Below the pieces are notes generated by a model that worked only from the letters and a program-made list of their open reading frames with translations, made no database searches and was not told the origin of the DNA. From IMG/VR virus record IMGVR_UViG_3300030207_001042, positions 1 through 46,365 of that record: a DNA stretch of 46,365 nucleotides; one strand, 5' to 3'. Positions 26,866-37,685 of the stretch are shown in pieces. The DNA is from a virus. Its lineage: Duplodnaviria > Caudoviricetes. The position numbers were made by a program, and so were the translations under genes. Numbering within the stretch: position 1 is the stretch's first letter; each line of letters starts with the position of its first letter.

Positions 26866-29800
26866 TTAACAATTACACTGAGTTATAGTTACACTTACTT
26901 CAGTAGTTCCTGCTGAAAGAGGGGTTATCGAATAAGTTGTTCCTTGATACGCACAAATATTAACTCCGGTGTTAGGGTTTAAAGTAATATTAGCAGTTGC
27001 TCCGGCACAATTAACATAGCTTATTTTTGCCGCAGGTCCCGACACCCAATCTATTCCAAATGACGTACACTCAGGCAAATTACAAGTCTCACAATCACAA
27101 CAAGCTGCGGCTATTTCCGCAGGACTACCTGTGGTATACGGACTAAAGCATAAAATTCTTGAGGTTACATTTCTATAATCATACACTAAATATAAATACT
27201 CACCACTACCACTACCTGCTATAGGGCCCGGCATAGTAAAGTTTCCTGAATATTGATTAGGAGCTCCACTACTATCTACAGGAAAAGGTCCTGAAGACGC
27301 TCCTGCTGCCTGAATAGCAACTAATAAACTACCTATGTCTGTAGGGTTGTTGTTATATAAAGTAGTGCTTCTTAAAGCATAATAATCATCAAGCACAGGG
27401 TCAAATACAAAGTTATCTGAATTAATTCTTCTTGTATACATATAAACTGTTGAACCGTTTATAGGAATACCTCCAAATCCTTGAGCACCATTATAAGTAT
27501 CATATTGTGAAACTATTGGATAACTACCCCCTCCAAAAATTACCGGAGCAGAAGCATCTATAGGCATTAATGGAGAAATATAACCTGTACCTCCATCCAC
27601 AAAATTTGTTTGATTATGAATTGTTTGAGCAGCATCTGCTGCGTTAGTTAAACATATTTGTACTACTGTTATATTAATAGGTACAGGACACGAAACTGTT
27701 ACATCTACTACCGGACTAGGGGAGCCCGATGGCGTCACAGTCAAAAACATTTCAGTTGGATAAGGAGTGGTTTTGTTAATAGTTAACGTTCCCGCTACAT
27801 TGGTAGTTCCTGTTGTTTGAGTTACTCCATTCCAACTTACACTTACAACAAAATCATCAGCTGTTACAGGAGCATAGGTTATAGTAACCTCTCCTACCGT
27901 TTCTCCTAACTCAATACACTGAGCAATCATAGCAGTAAAATCAGTGTCTACACTTAATTGTAATCCACAGTCAAGACAGTTGCTCACAATAGGTAATCCT
28001 CTATCATTAATAGTAAGAACATATTCGTTCATGTACGGGTCATAACCTCCAAGTTTTTGGTGCATGGTATAAGCCGGGTTTACAAAAGTATCTCTAAACC
28101 ATGAACGCATTCCTTGTTCTGATATTACAATTAACTCTTCATTAGAATAAGCCGTCCCTTTTAATTGCAGTACAGCCCCTCTTTTTTCATCAGTAAAATA
28201 TTTATCATATCCATACTCTACATAGCTTTCAGGATTTCTACTAATACCGTATTCTTCTAACCTAGCTATTTGTGTTCCTAAAACTTTAGGGGTAGAGGTT
28301 AAAGCTCCTCCCCCTCCGGCATCACTTAATAAATCTTTATCTGATAATACATAAGATATTTTATGTTCCTGTAAAACTAATATATCGGTCTTTCTTCCAA
28401 CGATTCTCATAATTTCACCATAAGAATCTTCAAGTGGTTTAAAGTTTAATAAACCTAAATTAAACTCATTAAGTTTGTTTACATTACTTTCATCATTAAT
28501 TACACCACTGTATGTTAAATCTGCAAATCTATCTGCCTCACCGTAGTCTTGAGCCGCTGTGGCATAAGCTCTATTTCCTAAAGAAAATGATTTACCCACC
28601 ATAGAGTCTTTAATCTTATAACTTTCTACCCCATTTCCAAAAGCAAAACAATTAAAAAACTGTAATGTAATTTCCGCAGGTAGAACAGCGGTTTGGTTTT
28701 GATTACTTGGGAATCGTGTAAGGTTTCCTAAATGAAATCCTGTTGTTACATCTATAGGATAAGACTCCGCTCCTTCATAAAATAAATCAGGTAAAGCATC
28801 CTCGGGTTTAGTTTCAAACACTAAGGTAGAAACCGCTCTATATATTTCCCATTTTACTTCTAGTCTTGCTCTTTTTTTAGGAATGTGTTTAGAGCTAGTA
28901 CAAGATAATGAGCCGGATACTAAAAATAATAATGGAGTTGTAAGGTTAGCAAACCCAAACTCTTTTCTCCATCTTATAAAATTTTCACAATTATCAGGAA
29001 CGTTACCTAGTTCTGTAGCAGGAGAAGAATCACCCCCCGTATATAAAGTGTTCACATAGGTGTTAATCATTTGACAGTTTCCATTACCCCCTATTTCCTG
29101 TGTAAAGTTTGCTCCGTTTAGTGATGCTTCTATATTATCTCCGTTCCACCATTCGTATCCATTATCATAAGCTTGACTTACTGAAAACCAAGATTCAAAA
29201 GTTCCGTTACGTCTTTCACATGGTCCATTTCCTTTTCCTACAGCTGTTCTTCTCCATTTTATTTTTAACTTAACTCTTGAGCCCGCCGGTAAATCCCAAT
29301 TTAAAAAGTTCCCGGGAATAGCAGGGTCCGGATAAGACCATGCGTTACATCTTAAAAATACAGGTTCTTCCCCATTATATTGAGTAGCTGAGCACAAAGG
29401 TGGTAATACCGTAGAATTAGGAGGGGGCACAGCACTAAAATTATTGCTGTTTATTTTCATGTAAACTCCCGGTTCAGGAGTTAACCCACTTACTGTATTA
29501 GGGTCACTACCATTTAAACTTAAAAAGTTTCTTGGTTGAGCTTTTACCTCAAGGGCTGTTACATCAACGCATTCATTCATAGGTCCATCCACATCCCTTT
29601 TAAGAATTAACTCATCTCCCTCGTTTACTTTACGGGTGTTTTCTCCTTCTAGTAAAAGATAAGTAAAATTAGTATTAAGAGCGGTGTAAACAATGTTACC
29701 GTATATTGTATTATAACCCAACACATCGGGTTTTAAAACAAACTTATATCTATGAGCCCACCCCGGTGCTCTTTGAGAAGTAGGGATAGTTACTTTAATT

Positions 29801-31746
29801 TCGTTTTTAGTATCTGAAGCAGAGCATGGAATATGAACGGTGTTTAAATCACTTACTAAAGCGCTTGTAGACCTGTTAAATTCATCCATATAAACTATAC
29901 CAACTTCATATCCTCTATTACTGTGTAAACTTGAAGGTATTCCTAAAGGGTCAAAAGTAGCAAAAGCATTTTCCACTTTATAATATTCAAACTGATAAGC
30001 GTTTACAGGAACATAAGGTATGGCAGGAACAGTGTTAGTATCAATATATTTAATAGCCGGAAACACAAGTTGAAATTGGTCAGGGGTTGCCGCATTAGCT
30101 AAAATAGTAACACCTTCTTGTTCAAATACTACACCCGCACTGTACCTAGTTAATTGGTTAGCAGGAACAAATGCCCCACCGGGCGTAATACCGGTGTATT
30201 CGGGAGGGGTAGCGCAAGTAAACCTATCTGTTAAAGTAGAGGTTTGCGCAGCAGTACATGGGTTGCCCGGAATAGGAAAACTGTTTGCTGTAGCACTTAT
30301 AGCTGCGGCAAATTCAACAGAAGTAGCAAGAGCAAATCCATCTGCATAATCATTTGGTAAAGTAAATATTGTTTCTACACTTATTACACCAAATGACGTC
30401 GGAAATCCTGCTAAACCCGCAGTACCTGAAAAAGCATCATGAGTTAATGCTATACCTATAGATATTCGCGCGCCTGTTTTTAATTCTACTCCCGCTGTAT
30501 TTATAGTTATAAGAGCGTTATTTACAGTTATCGAAGTACCACCATCAACTACATAAGTATAGGCAGACGTAGAGGTGGTTAATTCTAAAGATTCAATGTC
30601 GGAACTTACAAGTTCTGTTTCATAAGTTAATCTTACTTTATCACCAAGTCTATCTATTAAATCGTAACCCTCTGTATAATTACCATAAACTAATCTATTA
30701 CCCATTATAGTTTGGGCTTTAGCTAACTTAGGAACATTATCATATAATCTTAATATTTCTGACTCAGGTAAAATAGTAAATATTTTACTATTATCGAAAT
30801 ACCATGTTTGTGTAGTATTATCAAGCCATCCGGCTTCTACTTTATTTACCTTTTCAATAACTTTTATAATAGAGTTGTCTGCTTCCTTAAACAATAAATC
30901 TAATCCTACCACAAGAGGCCCCCCGGTGTCAACAACTATATTAACCGAGTTAGTTATATTTAACATACCGTCATTTAAAAAACTTTCCGGACTAAACTGA
31001 AATTGGTCAGGAACAAAAGCGGGACTTGTAAATTGAGAAGTAGCCGAATACTCTCCATCTTCATATAAATACCTGTAAGCAAAACACAAAAATCTTCCTT
31101 CCATAAAATTCTCTTGTCCCCCTGTGGCCACTTCTGTTATAATAGGAGATTCCGCAGGCGGTCTTTTTATTACAAGTAATTCTTCAGCTGTAATTAAATC
31201 TGTGTTAGTAGTAGTATCAGGATAAGCATAATTTCTTGTTACATTAATTTTTCTAGGAGGGTTTATATCATCGGTAAAAAATAACATATCATTTACCAAA
31301 TTAACCCCTGTAATAAGATGACGTTCGTTAAAATTTAAAGTAGTGGGTGTGGCTAAATTAGGACTAACACTAATAACGTGATAAATTAAAGTTTGAGTTT
31401 CTGTATTAAAAGAAACAATTAAGTCAAGTATTTTAGTAGTACCCCCTTCTACAAACGCGCCATCGTGAACAAACCAATATATAGTATTAGTTGCGCTATC
31501 CTCATAAGCTCCTATACAACGCGCCGTAGCGCTTAAAGGTGTATTGTTAGTATCAACATAGGTCAGAGTAGTTAATTGAAAGTTTCCTTTAGTATTTTCT
31601 ACTGAGCCTATTTCAGATATTTCAGTAGAACCTAATCTAAGATTCATGGCGTCAACATACTCACCCTCAGGAAGAAGTCGTTCGTCCACGACTTTATTCA
31701 TTCTTCCCTTTATAAAAGTTTTTGCAATATTTGTTCCTTCTGCCAT
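26866..31746 (-). CDS. Tail stabilization/nozzle-like protein with Cys-rich C-terminal extension
   Basis: 1626 aa; N-terminal FIKGRMNK..DERL.PEGEY.DAMN; GNRLVYGNY; YGISRNPES. Confidence 0.75.
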   Translation of the reverse strand: MAEGTNIAKTFIKGRMNKVVDERLLPEGEYVDAMNLRLGSTEISEIGSVENTKGNFQLTTLTYVDTNNTPLSATARCIGAYEDSATNTIYWFVHDGAFVEGGTTKILDLIVSFNTETQTLIYHVISVSPNLATPTTLNFNERHLITGVNLVNDMLFFTDDINPPRKINVTRNYAYPDTTTNTDLITAEELLVIKRPPAESPIITEVATGGQENFMEGRFLCFAYRYLYEDGEYSATSQFTSPAFVPDQFQFSPESFLNDGMLNITNSVNIVVDTGGPLVVGLDLLFKEADNSIIKVIEKVNKVEAGWLDNTTQTWYFDNSKIFTILPESEILRLYDNVPKLAKAQTIMGNRLVYGNYTEGYDLIDRLGDKVRLTYETELVSSDIESLELTTSTSAYTYVVDGGTSITVNNALITINTAGVELKTGARISIGIALTHDAFSGTAGLAGFPTSFGVISVETIFTLPNDYADGFALATSVEFAAAISATANSFPIPGNPCTAAQTSTLTDRFTCATPPEYTGITPGGAFVPANQLTRYSAGVVFEQEGVTILANAATPDQFQLVFPAIKYIDTNTVPAIPYVPVNAYQFEYYKVENAFATFDPLGIPSSLHSNRGYEVGIVYMDEFNRSTSALVSDLNTVHIPCSASDTKNEIKVTIPTSQRAPGWAHRYKFVLKPDVLGYNTIYGNIVYTALNTNFTYLLLEGENTRKVNEGDELILKRDVDGPMNECVDVTALEVKAQPRNFLSLNGSDPNTVSGLTPEPGVYMKINSNNFSAVPPPNSTVLPPLCSATQYNGEEPVFLRCNAWSYPDPAIPGNFLNWDLPAGSRVKLKIKWRRTAVGKGNGPCERRNGTFESWFSVSQAYDNGYEWWNGDNIEASLNGANFTQEIGGNGNCQMINTYVNTLYTGGDSSPATELGNVPDNCENFIRWRKEFGFANLTTPLLFLVSGSLSCTSSKHIPKKRARLEVKWEIYRAVSTLVFETKPEDALPDLFYEGAESYPIDVTTGFHLGNLTRFPSNQNQTAVLPAEITLQFFNCFAFGNGVESYKIKDSMVGKSFSLGNRAYATAAQDYGEADRFADLTYSGVINDESNVNKLNEFNLGLLNFKPLEDSYGEIMRIVGRKTDILVLQEHKISYVLSDKDLLSDAGGGGALTSTPKVLGTQIARLEEYGISRNPESYVEYGYDKYFTDEKRGAVLQLKGTAYSNEELIVISEQGMRSWFRDTFVNPAYTMHQKLGGYDPYMNEYVLTINDRGLPIVSNCLDCGLQLSVDTDFTAMIAQCIELGETVGEVTITYAPVTADDFVVSVSWNGVTQTTGTTNVAGTLTINKTTPYPTEMFLTVTPSGSPSPVVDVTVSCPVPINITVVQICLTNAADAAQTIHNQTNFVDGGTGYISPLMPIDASAPVIFGGGSYPIVSQYDTYNGAQGFGGIPINGSTVYMYTRRINSDNFVFDPVLDDYYALRSTTLYNNNPTDIGSLLVAIQAAGASSGPFPVDSSGAPNQYSGNFTMPGPIAGSGSGEYLYLVYDYRNVTSRILCFSPYTTGSPAEIAAACCDCETCNLPECTSFGIDWVSGPAAKISYVNCAGATANITLNPNTGVNICAYQGTTYSITPLSAGTTEVSVTITQCNC

Positions 31747-31747
31747 A

Positions 31748-32683
31748 CTACTTTATCCATTTATTACGTCCTCTTAAATTCATTAACAATCTACCCGGAT
31801 GTATATTACTTATTCTTATTTTAGCATTACGTAGTAAAGCTGACTTTTCTTTTCTAGTTCTGTTTACGATATATTCTTGAGACCCCACTCTATTGCTTAT
31901 TAAAGCATATTTTATATAAGAATACATATAATCTTCAAACAATTTATTTACTTGTATTTCACTGTCATTACCTCCTTCCATTCCATCAGACACATATTCT
32001 AAAATACATTGTTCTCCTGACATAGTAGAGTCAAAATTTATTACTCCATTCTTTTTATCTATTGTAAATGTAGGGTTAGCATTAGCTGTTTCAGTATTCA
32101 ATCCAAATCTAGCTCCTACTGCATAATCAAAAAACCACTCTCCATCACAACAGTATCCCATTTGTCCATTAAACTGATTATTTTTATTTAGATATATACT
32201 TTTTTTAGAACCTTTTATTCTATCAAAATCTAAATTAGAATACTCGGGACTTAAAGCTTTACCGTTTTCGTCAAACAAAATATTACCGTCGTTGTCTTTT
32301 AAAAAAGCTAAAGCGCTTCCTACTTGAATATTTTCTGTCAGTGGTCTTAAATATCCATTTTTATATAAAGATACTCTTACCCAATTAACATAATCAGAAG
32401 GTAAAATAAATCTTACACTATCAGTTATTTTCATTTCTAATACTTTTATTTCTTTAAAAGCATCGTAGTTTAATTCTTGTATAGCTCTTTTGGCATGAAA
32501 CAAAACTTTAAACCTTCCCGTATTATTTACCAAAGAATGATTATCATTATAAATTAACATAAAGTTATTTACAATATCTTTTAAACTTACATATTGATAA
32601 GACCCCCAATTAGCATCAGTAGGTACGTTTCCATCATTTTCATAATAGGTGTATTGGCTTATATATTTATTATACTCTGACAT
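31748..32683 (-). CDS. Putative tail ring/adaptor protein
   Basis: ILPSDYVN motif; position. Confidence 0.6.
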   Translation of the reverse strand: MSEYNKYISQYTYYENDGNVPTDANWGSYQYVSLKDIVNNFMLIYNDNHSLVNNTGRFKVLFHAKRAIQELNYDAFKEIKVLEMKITDSVRFILPSDYVNWVRVSLYKNGYLRPLTENIQVGSALAFLKDNDGNILFDENGKALSPEYSNLDFDRIKGSKKSIYLNKNNQFNGQMGYCCDGEWFFDYAVGARFGLNTETANANPTFTIDKKNGVINFDSTMSGEQCILEYVSDGMEGGNDSEIQVNKLFEDYMYSYIKYALISNRVGSQEYIVNRTRKEKSALLRNAKIRISNIHPGRLLMNLRGRNKWIK

Positions 32684-32685
32684 AT

Positions 32686-33702
32686 CTATGCTTCTGTTTG
32701 GTTATTCATTGTTTCTTGAGTTGTAGAAAAATTAACTACATCTAATTCTCTAATAGAAACTCCTGCGTATTGTAATATTTTTAAAACTAAATCTGTATAC
32801 ATATCTTCAGGTAATTCAAAATTTTGGTAATCAAGTTGTGATTGGTCAAAAACAGGGTCCCCACCTGTAATATTTACAAACGTCCAATTAGGGTCTCTAG
32901 GGTATCTTATGTATTGCGCCCATATATATTGATTAGGTATTTGGGAATTTTCTACAGGATTTACTATTGATATAGGATAAACTGTTATATTATTTCCACT
33001 TACAGAGTATACAGGAAAATCTGTACTAGGGGCTGTAAGAGTAGATGATAATAAACTATTTATTTTTCTTTGACTCATTCTTTCTAATTCTATTAAAGAA
33101 GAATTAGATATAATCATATACTGTACAACAGGGGCTCCTGCTACAGGAAATATATCTCGACTTAAACTAAGTTGTGTAGGAGAAACTATTCGTGTTATAA
33201 AAGCTGTTTCTCTAGTGGCGGTATTTACCACTAAATCTCCTTGACGTACATTGCCACTTACAAAACTATCAACTAAGACGTCATTATTTGTTAACCCGAA
33301 GGTAAGAGGGAGGCCTTGAAAGTTTATGATAAAAGTGTTAGTTTGTAAGTATGAAGAAAAGGGTCTATAGTAAACTTTATTTATAAAATAATAATCATTA
33401 GGTAAAGCAAAAAGATTACTCATGTTTGGCCCTGTATATAAATTTCCGTCTGTATTTAACAATACAACATCTTGAGAAAATATATCAATATCTTCTTCTA
33501 TACCTTTTTTAATATCAGCATATCCTGTACCTGATTGTCTTGCATTTTCTTTGTTTACTTGGTAGTTATATTGAAAGAATAAATCCTCAAAAAGGTCTAA
33601 CTGTGCTTGCTTAGCATACAAGTTAAAATCTTGAGGTGTTATATAACCATAATTGTTTTTATTTAAAAATGCAAGTACCGCATTTCTTACTTCGTTTATC
33701 AT
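32686..33702 (-). CDS. Putative tail tubular/ring protein
   Basis: LNK...ITPQDFN..AKQAQ, LPNDY, YIRYP, FELPE; position. Confidence 0.65.
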   Translation of the reverse strand: MINEVRNAVLAFLNKNNYGYITPQDFNLYAKQAQLDLFEDLFFQYNYQVNKENARQSGTGYADIKKGIEEDIDIFSQDVVLLNTDGNLYTGPNMSNLFALPNDYYFINKVYYRPFSSYLQTNTFIINFQGLPLTFGLTNNDVLVDSFVSGNVRQGDLVVNTATRETAFITRIVSPTQLSLSRDIFPVAGAPVVQYMIISNSSLIELERMSQRKINSLLSSTLTAPSTDFPVYSVSGNNITVYPISIVNPVENSQIPNQYIWAQYIRYPRDPNWTFVNITGGDPVFDQSQLDYQNFELPEDMYTDLVLKILQYAGVSIRELDVVNFSTTQETMNNQTEA

Positions 33703-33707
33703 AGTTA

Positions 33708-33715
33708 CAAAGATA
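33708..33715 (-). promoter_or_regulatory. -7 promoter element TATCTTTG
   Basis: Consensus match 5 nt upstream of ATG, just after a terminator. Confidence 0.65.
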
Positions 33716-33717
33716 AT

Positions 33718-33754
33718 AAAAAAAAAGAGGGCAACTTTTTTTGCCCTCTTTTTT
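33718..33754. terminator. Bidirectional-type intrinsic terminator
   Basis: A-run GAGGGCAA-CTTTTT-TTGCCCTC T-run. Confidence 0.85.
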
Positions 33755-33774
33755 AACTGTGAAATAAATTACGA

Positions 33775-34080
33775 TTAAGCAAATGTTAAACTTGTAATCT
33801 CTACCTCTCCACCTGCTGCATCAGAAATTCCACTTAACGTCACTTGATTAGTAACATTAGTCCAAGATTGTTCAAGGCACGCTACAACGTGGTCTTGGAT
33901 TCTATCTCTAACTTCTTCATTGTTAGCAGCCATGGTATCGTGGTCAACCTCAACTTTTTTACCTGAAGTATAATGAATTTCTACTTTAGATGTTGAAGCT
34001 TGCTCTATAATAGCAATATCATTTACAAGAACTAACTGATTTTGTTCGTTCTTAACCGGAATACTTATATATTTTTGCAT
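33775..34080 (-). CDS. Hypothetical protein, possibly virion-associated
   Basis: ORF track. Confidence 0.75.
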   Translation of the reverse strand: MQKYISIPVKNEQNQLVLVNDIAIIEQASTSKVEIHYTSGKKVEVDHDTMAANNEEVRDRIQDHVVACLEQSWTNVTNQVTLSGISDAAGGEVEITSLTFA

Positions 34081-34134
34081 AATAAAAAAAATAAAATAAT
34101 TATGTGAGACTATTCTCGATATAAAGATACGAAT

Positions 34135-34893
34135 TTATTCTTCATCATTTTCGAGTAAACTCTCTAGCATTTTTAATGCTTCAATACCTTCATCACTTTG
34201 TAAATAGTTACCTACTATAAGTAGTCTATCTGCACCCGGAGGAACAACTAACATTCTTTTTTTATTAGATTTAGTGTTAAAATAAACCCCACCTTTAGTT
34301 TTAGTTACTAATAATTTTTGGTCAAAAAAACTTTGAACCACACCTTGTATATCTAACATAGGGTCGTCTAATAACTCTAAAAATTCTACAGGGTCATTCT
34401 TAGCATAAACTAATATATCTCTTTTTATTTCAGCGCTAGTCATTTTAGAAGTATCTTTACCATAAACAATTTTAATTATTTTTTCAGCTTCAGTTATATC
34501 TAAATCTTTAGCTTCTATTAAAGCATCAGCTTCTAAGTTCATCATCTCTAAGTGTTCTTCCGCATCTTTTTCGTTGTCTATTTCTATAAACTTAAGTCCT
34601 TTTAAAGGATGATGGTCTAAAAACTTTTGTAACATTTGATTGTTTTTTCTTACCATTAAGAAACCATCTTCAAATACTACAGGTTCTAATATTACATTAC
34701 CATCTTGCTCATCTGCAAAAATACTTTTTTGATTTCTTGCATATCGAAGTTCTCTATTAATACCCGTCTCTTCATCAAAGTATAATAAAGGAAATCTTTT
34801 AGTATGTCTTGTTGGTAAAATAAAAGACAGCGGAGCTGCTGACCTTGTAAGTTTGTAGGTTTTATCTACAAATTTTTCTTTTGTTCTTTTCAT
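34135..34893 (-). CDS. Hypothetical protein downstream of MCP
   Basis: ORF track; position. Confidence 0.75.
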   Translation of the reverse strand: MKRTKEKFVDKTYKLTRSAAPLSFILPTRHTKRFPLLYFDEETGINRELRYARNQKSIFADEQDGNVILEPVVFEDGFLMVRKNNQMLQKFLDHHPLKGLKFIEIDNEKDAEEHLEMMNLEADALIEAKDLDITEAEKIIKIVYGKDTSKMTSAEIKRDILVYAKNDPVEFLELLDDPMLDIQGVVQSFFDQKLLVTKTKGGVYFNTKSNKKRMLVVPPGADRLLIVGNYLQSDEGIEALKMLESLLENDEE

Positions 34894-34933
34894 TTTAATT
34901 TAATTTAATATAATTTATAAAAAAAGAAAAGAG

Positions 34934-34951
34934 AGTGTCTTTAAAGACACT
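34934..34951. repeat. Palindrome copy 7, forming a terminator-like stem after MCP
   Basis: GAGAGTGTCTTTAAAGACACTCCC, followed on the - strand by TTTTCTTTTT. Confidence 0.93.
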
Positions 34952-34970
34952 CCCATTTCTTATCTAACTA

Positions 34971-36476
34971 CTACTCTTGAAATAAGAAGAAGTTGTTTGC
35001 GCCCATTACGCAACAAGCTCTTTCTGACAAGAAGTGCACCTCCATAGCATCTAAGCTAGAAGTTCTTGCTCCTCCCGCAGAACCTGTAATCCATGACTTG
35101 TATCGTCTGTCTTCAGTTTCTGAAGCACGATACCTAACATGTAAGAAAGGTCTTTTTGCATTCTTTCCAAGAATTTGGTCATAAACAGATGTAGAACCTG
35201 CGGGTACAAGCAGTCCGTTAATACGTCCTGAGTTTGCTCCTGCCGGTAATCCACCTCTCATTGTTGGGTCATTTAAGTATTTCCAATCAGACTTGTAGAA
35301 GTCGTATCCTCTTCGGAATCCTGAGAATCCTAAGTTTAACGCCATCTCTTCATCATTATCGAAAAGACCATAAGATGTACCACCTGCACCATAAGAGTTT
35401 TGCGCCGCTAACATATCATCGATGTCAAAACCGAAGTTTCTGTCAACGAAAAGCGCGTTTTCTTCTATAGCACCTTGGTTATCTAATCTACCAATCATTG
35501 CATCAAAGTCTGCTAGAGTAGTTGGATTTCCACCACCCCAAACATTTCCTCTGTTTTCTACTGCATAGAAAACACCTTCAGAACCAACGAAACCTGCTGT
35601 TGCAGCACCGGAACCCGCTCCACCTACGTTTGCAGGCATAGCTTCCACCATTGCTGTTTCTAAGTAATCATCGAATCTAAGTCTTGTTTCGTGCTCTGAT
35701 TTTAAGTACCAAAGGTAACCTGCCGCACCATCTTCTGTAGTTACTTCAATCCATCCGATTTGAGCCATATCTGAACCACTTACATTATATCTATCTTTTA
35801 TAATGATAGGGTTGTTAGCAAATATGTAATCGTCTGCTTCAAGTGAACCTTCCATGCCTGCTGTTCCTTTTTGAAACTCTGAACCGTAAATAAATACAGT
35901 ACAATCAGGATTACCCGGAGCTGTTCCGGCTGCTGCCTGACCACCTGCATCGTAATACTCAACTTGAAAACTAGTTGGGCCTGTTGCACCCATTGACGCT
36001 AAATTGTCATTAGGACCAAATGATACAATTCCTTTACTACTTCCTAAACCATTATTCCAAACTATCATTACAGTTTGTCCTTTTCTAATAGCTATACTTG
36101 CATTTGCTGCAAATGGGTTAGTTGCTGTTGTTGCATTTGGTGCTACGATACCTGCGGGAACTGCCGCGTCATTAACAGTAAATTGCGCTTGCGCCACCCC
36201 TGCTGCCTGAGCTGTTCCTACTTGTGTGTACTTTGTGTGTAACCTTCCTTGCTCAGCCCATTTAATTTGGTCTGACATAGAAGGCATTTCCGCTCCCACC
36301 ATTCTTAAGAATGAGGAAATCGTTCTATTACCATATCTTTCAAATTCCTTTTCATAAGTATCAGGTAGATACTGATTCAAGAAATCAAAATTAGTAATAT
36401 AGTTTGTATCCGTTGGGACTTGTTGAGCACTTGGCTGTAAATCAAATCCCGGAGTCGCTAATACTGAACCTGCCAT
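34971..36476 (-). CDS. Major capsid protein
   Basis: 501 aa after portal and scaffold; IKWAEQGRLH, IYGSEF.KG, SGSD motifs; downstream terminator. Confidence 0.85.
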   Translation of the reverse strand: MAGSVLATPGFDLQPSAQQVPTDTNYITNFDFLNQYLPDTYEKEFERYGNRTISSFLRMVGAEMPSMSDQIKWAEQGRLHTKYTQVGTAQAAGVAQAQFTVNDAAVPAGIVAPNATTATNPFAANASIAIRKGQTVMIVWNNGLGSSKGIVSFGPNDNLASMGATGPTSFQVEYYDAGGQAAAGTAPGNPDCTVFIYGSEFQKGTAGMEGSLEADDYIFANNPIIIKDRYNVSGSDMAQIGWIEVTTEDGAAGYLWYLKSEHETRLRFDDYLETAMVEAMPANVGGAGSGAATAGFVGSEGVFYAVENRGNVWGGGNPTTLADFDAMIGRLDNQGAIEENALFVDRNFGFDIDDMLAAQNSYGAGGTSYGLFDNDEEMALNLGFSGFRRGYDFYKSDWKYLNDPTMRGGLPAGANSGRINGLLVPAGSTSVYDQILGKNAKRPFLHVRYRASETEDRRYKSWITGSAGGARTSSLDAMEVHFLSERACCVMGANNFFLFQE

Positions 36477-36497
36477 AATTTTTTCTTTTTAAATGTT

Positions 36498-37640
36498 TTA
36501 CTTCTTTTTAATACTTTTAATTTTTAAACCTCTACTACTTGCTTGTGATAAAGATTTAAACTGCATTCCCCCTTTTTGCGTACTTTCAGGCACTCTACGT
36601 TCAGACATGTTTATATTTTTAGTCTTACGCATAACGTCTTCAGTTGCATTAGATTTACCTTGTTCATAAAAAAACTGAGCAAACCTATCAGGGTTCATGG
36701 CGATTGCTAAAGCTCTGTGGTAACCTTTCGCGTCCTTTATTAATCCACTTTCATCCAAATACTTTTTAACAAAGTTCATTGGGGTTGATTGAGCAGATTT
36801 AAGTTCACTAGCGTTACCCGGAGAAAAAATTACTCGTTTATCATCTAATGTAAACTCAAAACCTTTGAACTCACTACTGAAAACTTCATTGGTTTTTTTA
36901 TCAAACCAATTTCTTTTTTTGGTAGTTTCTTCTTCGTAGGTTTTAGCATCCTTCAAATATTGCTTATACTCTTGATATTCTTTACTATCACTTTGAGAAA
37001 CTTCATTCCCGCTCGACTCAAGGGGTTTGTTATATTTTTCTTTTAATTCAGTAAAATACTTCTTAGCTTTAGCAATAACTTTTTTCTTTGCTATCTTTTT
37101 TCTTTTAATATCTGAAGGTTCATCTAACTCTTCATCACCATCAAACTCTTCCATTTTAAAAGCAATGTCTTCATCATCAAGACCTTCTTCTGTTTCTTTA
37201 AAATACTTTCGAAGCAAATTATCAGGGTCCATGTCATCAAAGTTTTGGTTTAATTTAACGTAATCTTCGATTCCTCGCCCTGTATCTTTTTTATACTTTA
37301 AATAAGCAGCTACATCTTCAGGTAACTCTTCTTGAGTTTCTCTGCTTGCAAACAAATCATCTACCGAGTCAATGTTTTTATTGTAACGCTTATTAATATG
37401 TGAAAGAACTTCTTCTTCAGTTAAGTCTGCTTTTTCAAGTACAGGCTTTTCTTCTTCTACTTTTTCCTCTTGAGCTTTGGGCTCAACAGGAGTTTCTTCT
37501 TTTACTTCTTTAACCACAGGTGTTTCAGAAGTTGTTTCTTTTTGTTCAAGAGATTGTTCGTGCTTATCAAGCAACTCTTGTTCTCTTTGTTGTGTTGACT
37601 TTTCTGCTGAGTCACCTACAGCTTTTACTTTTATTTCCAT
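36498..37640 (-). CDS. Capsid scaffolding protein
   Basis: Highly charged E/K-rich; directly upstream of MCP; FYEQGK. Confidence 0.75.
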   Translation of the reverse strand: MEIKVKAVGDSAEKSTQQREQELLDKHEQSLEQKETTSETPVVKEVKEETPVEPKAQEEKVEEEKPVLEKADLTEEEVLSHINKRYNKNIDSVDDLFASRETQEELPEDVAAYLKYKKDTGRGIEDYVKLNQNFDDMDPDNLLRKYFKETEEGLDDEDIAFKMEEFDGDEELDEPSDIKRKKIAKKKVIAKAKKYFTELKEKYNKPLESSGNEVSQSDSKEYQEYKQYLKDAKTYEEETTKKRNWFDKKTNEVFSSEFKGFEFTLDDKRVIFSPGNASELKSAQSTPMNFVKKYLDESGLIKDAKGYHRALAIAMNPDRFAQFFYEQGKSNATEDVMRKTKNINMSERRVPESTQKGGMQFKSLSQASSRGLKIKSIKKK

Positions 37641-37657
37641 TTAATTAAATTTTTATA

Positions 37658-37665
37658 CAAAGTTA
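37658..37665 (-). promoter_or_regulatory. -7 promoter element TAACTTTG
   Basis: Consensus match upstream of scaffold/MCP. Confidence 0.6.
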
Positions 37666-37685
37666 AACAATTTTATAATACAGTT

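Noticed and set aside
27944-27955. AGTGTCTACACT and half-sites near 6114, 15293 and 39734
   Set aside because: Wrong spacing or a single arm only; plausible by chance
34968-34973. Tandem TAG TAG after MCP suggesting recoding or readthrough
   Set aside because: TAG, TAA and TGA all end genes cleanly; no fragmented core genes or suppressor tRNA seen
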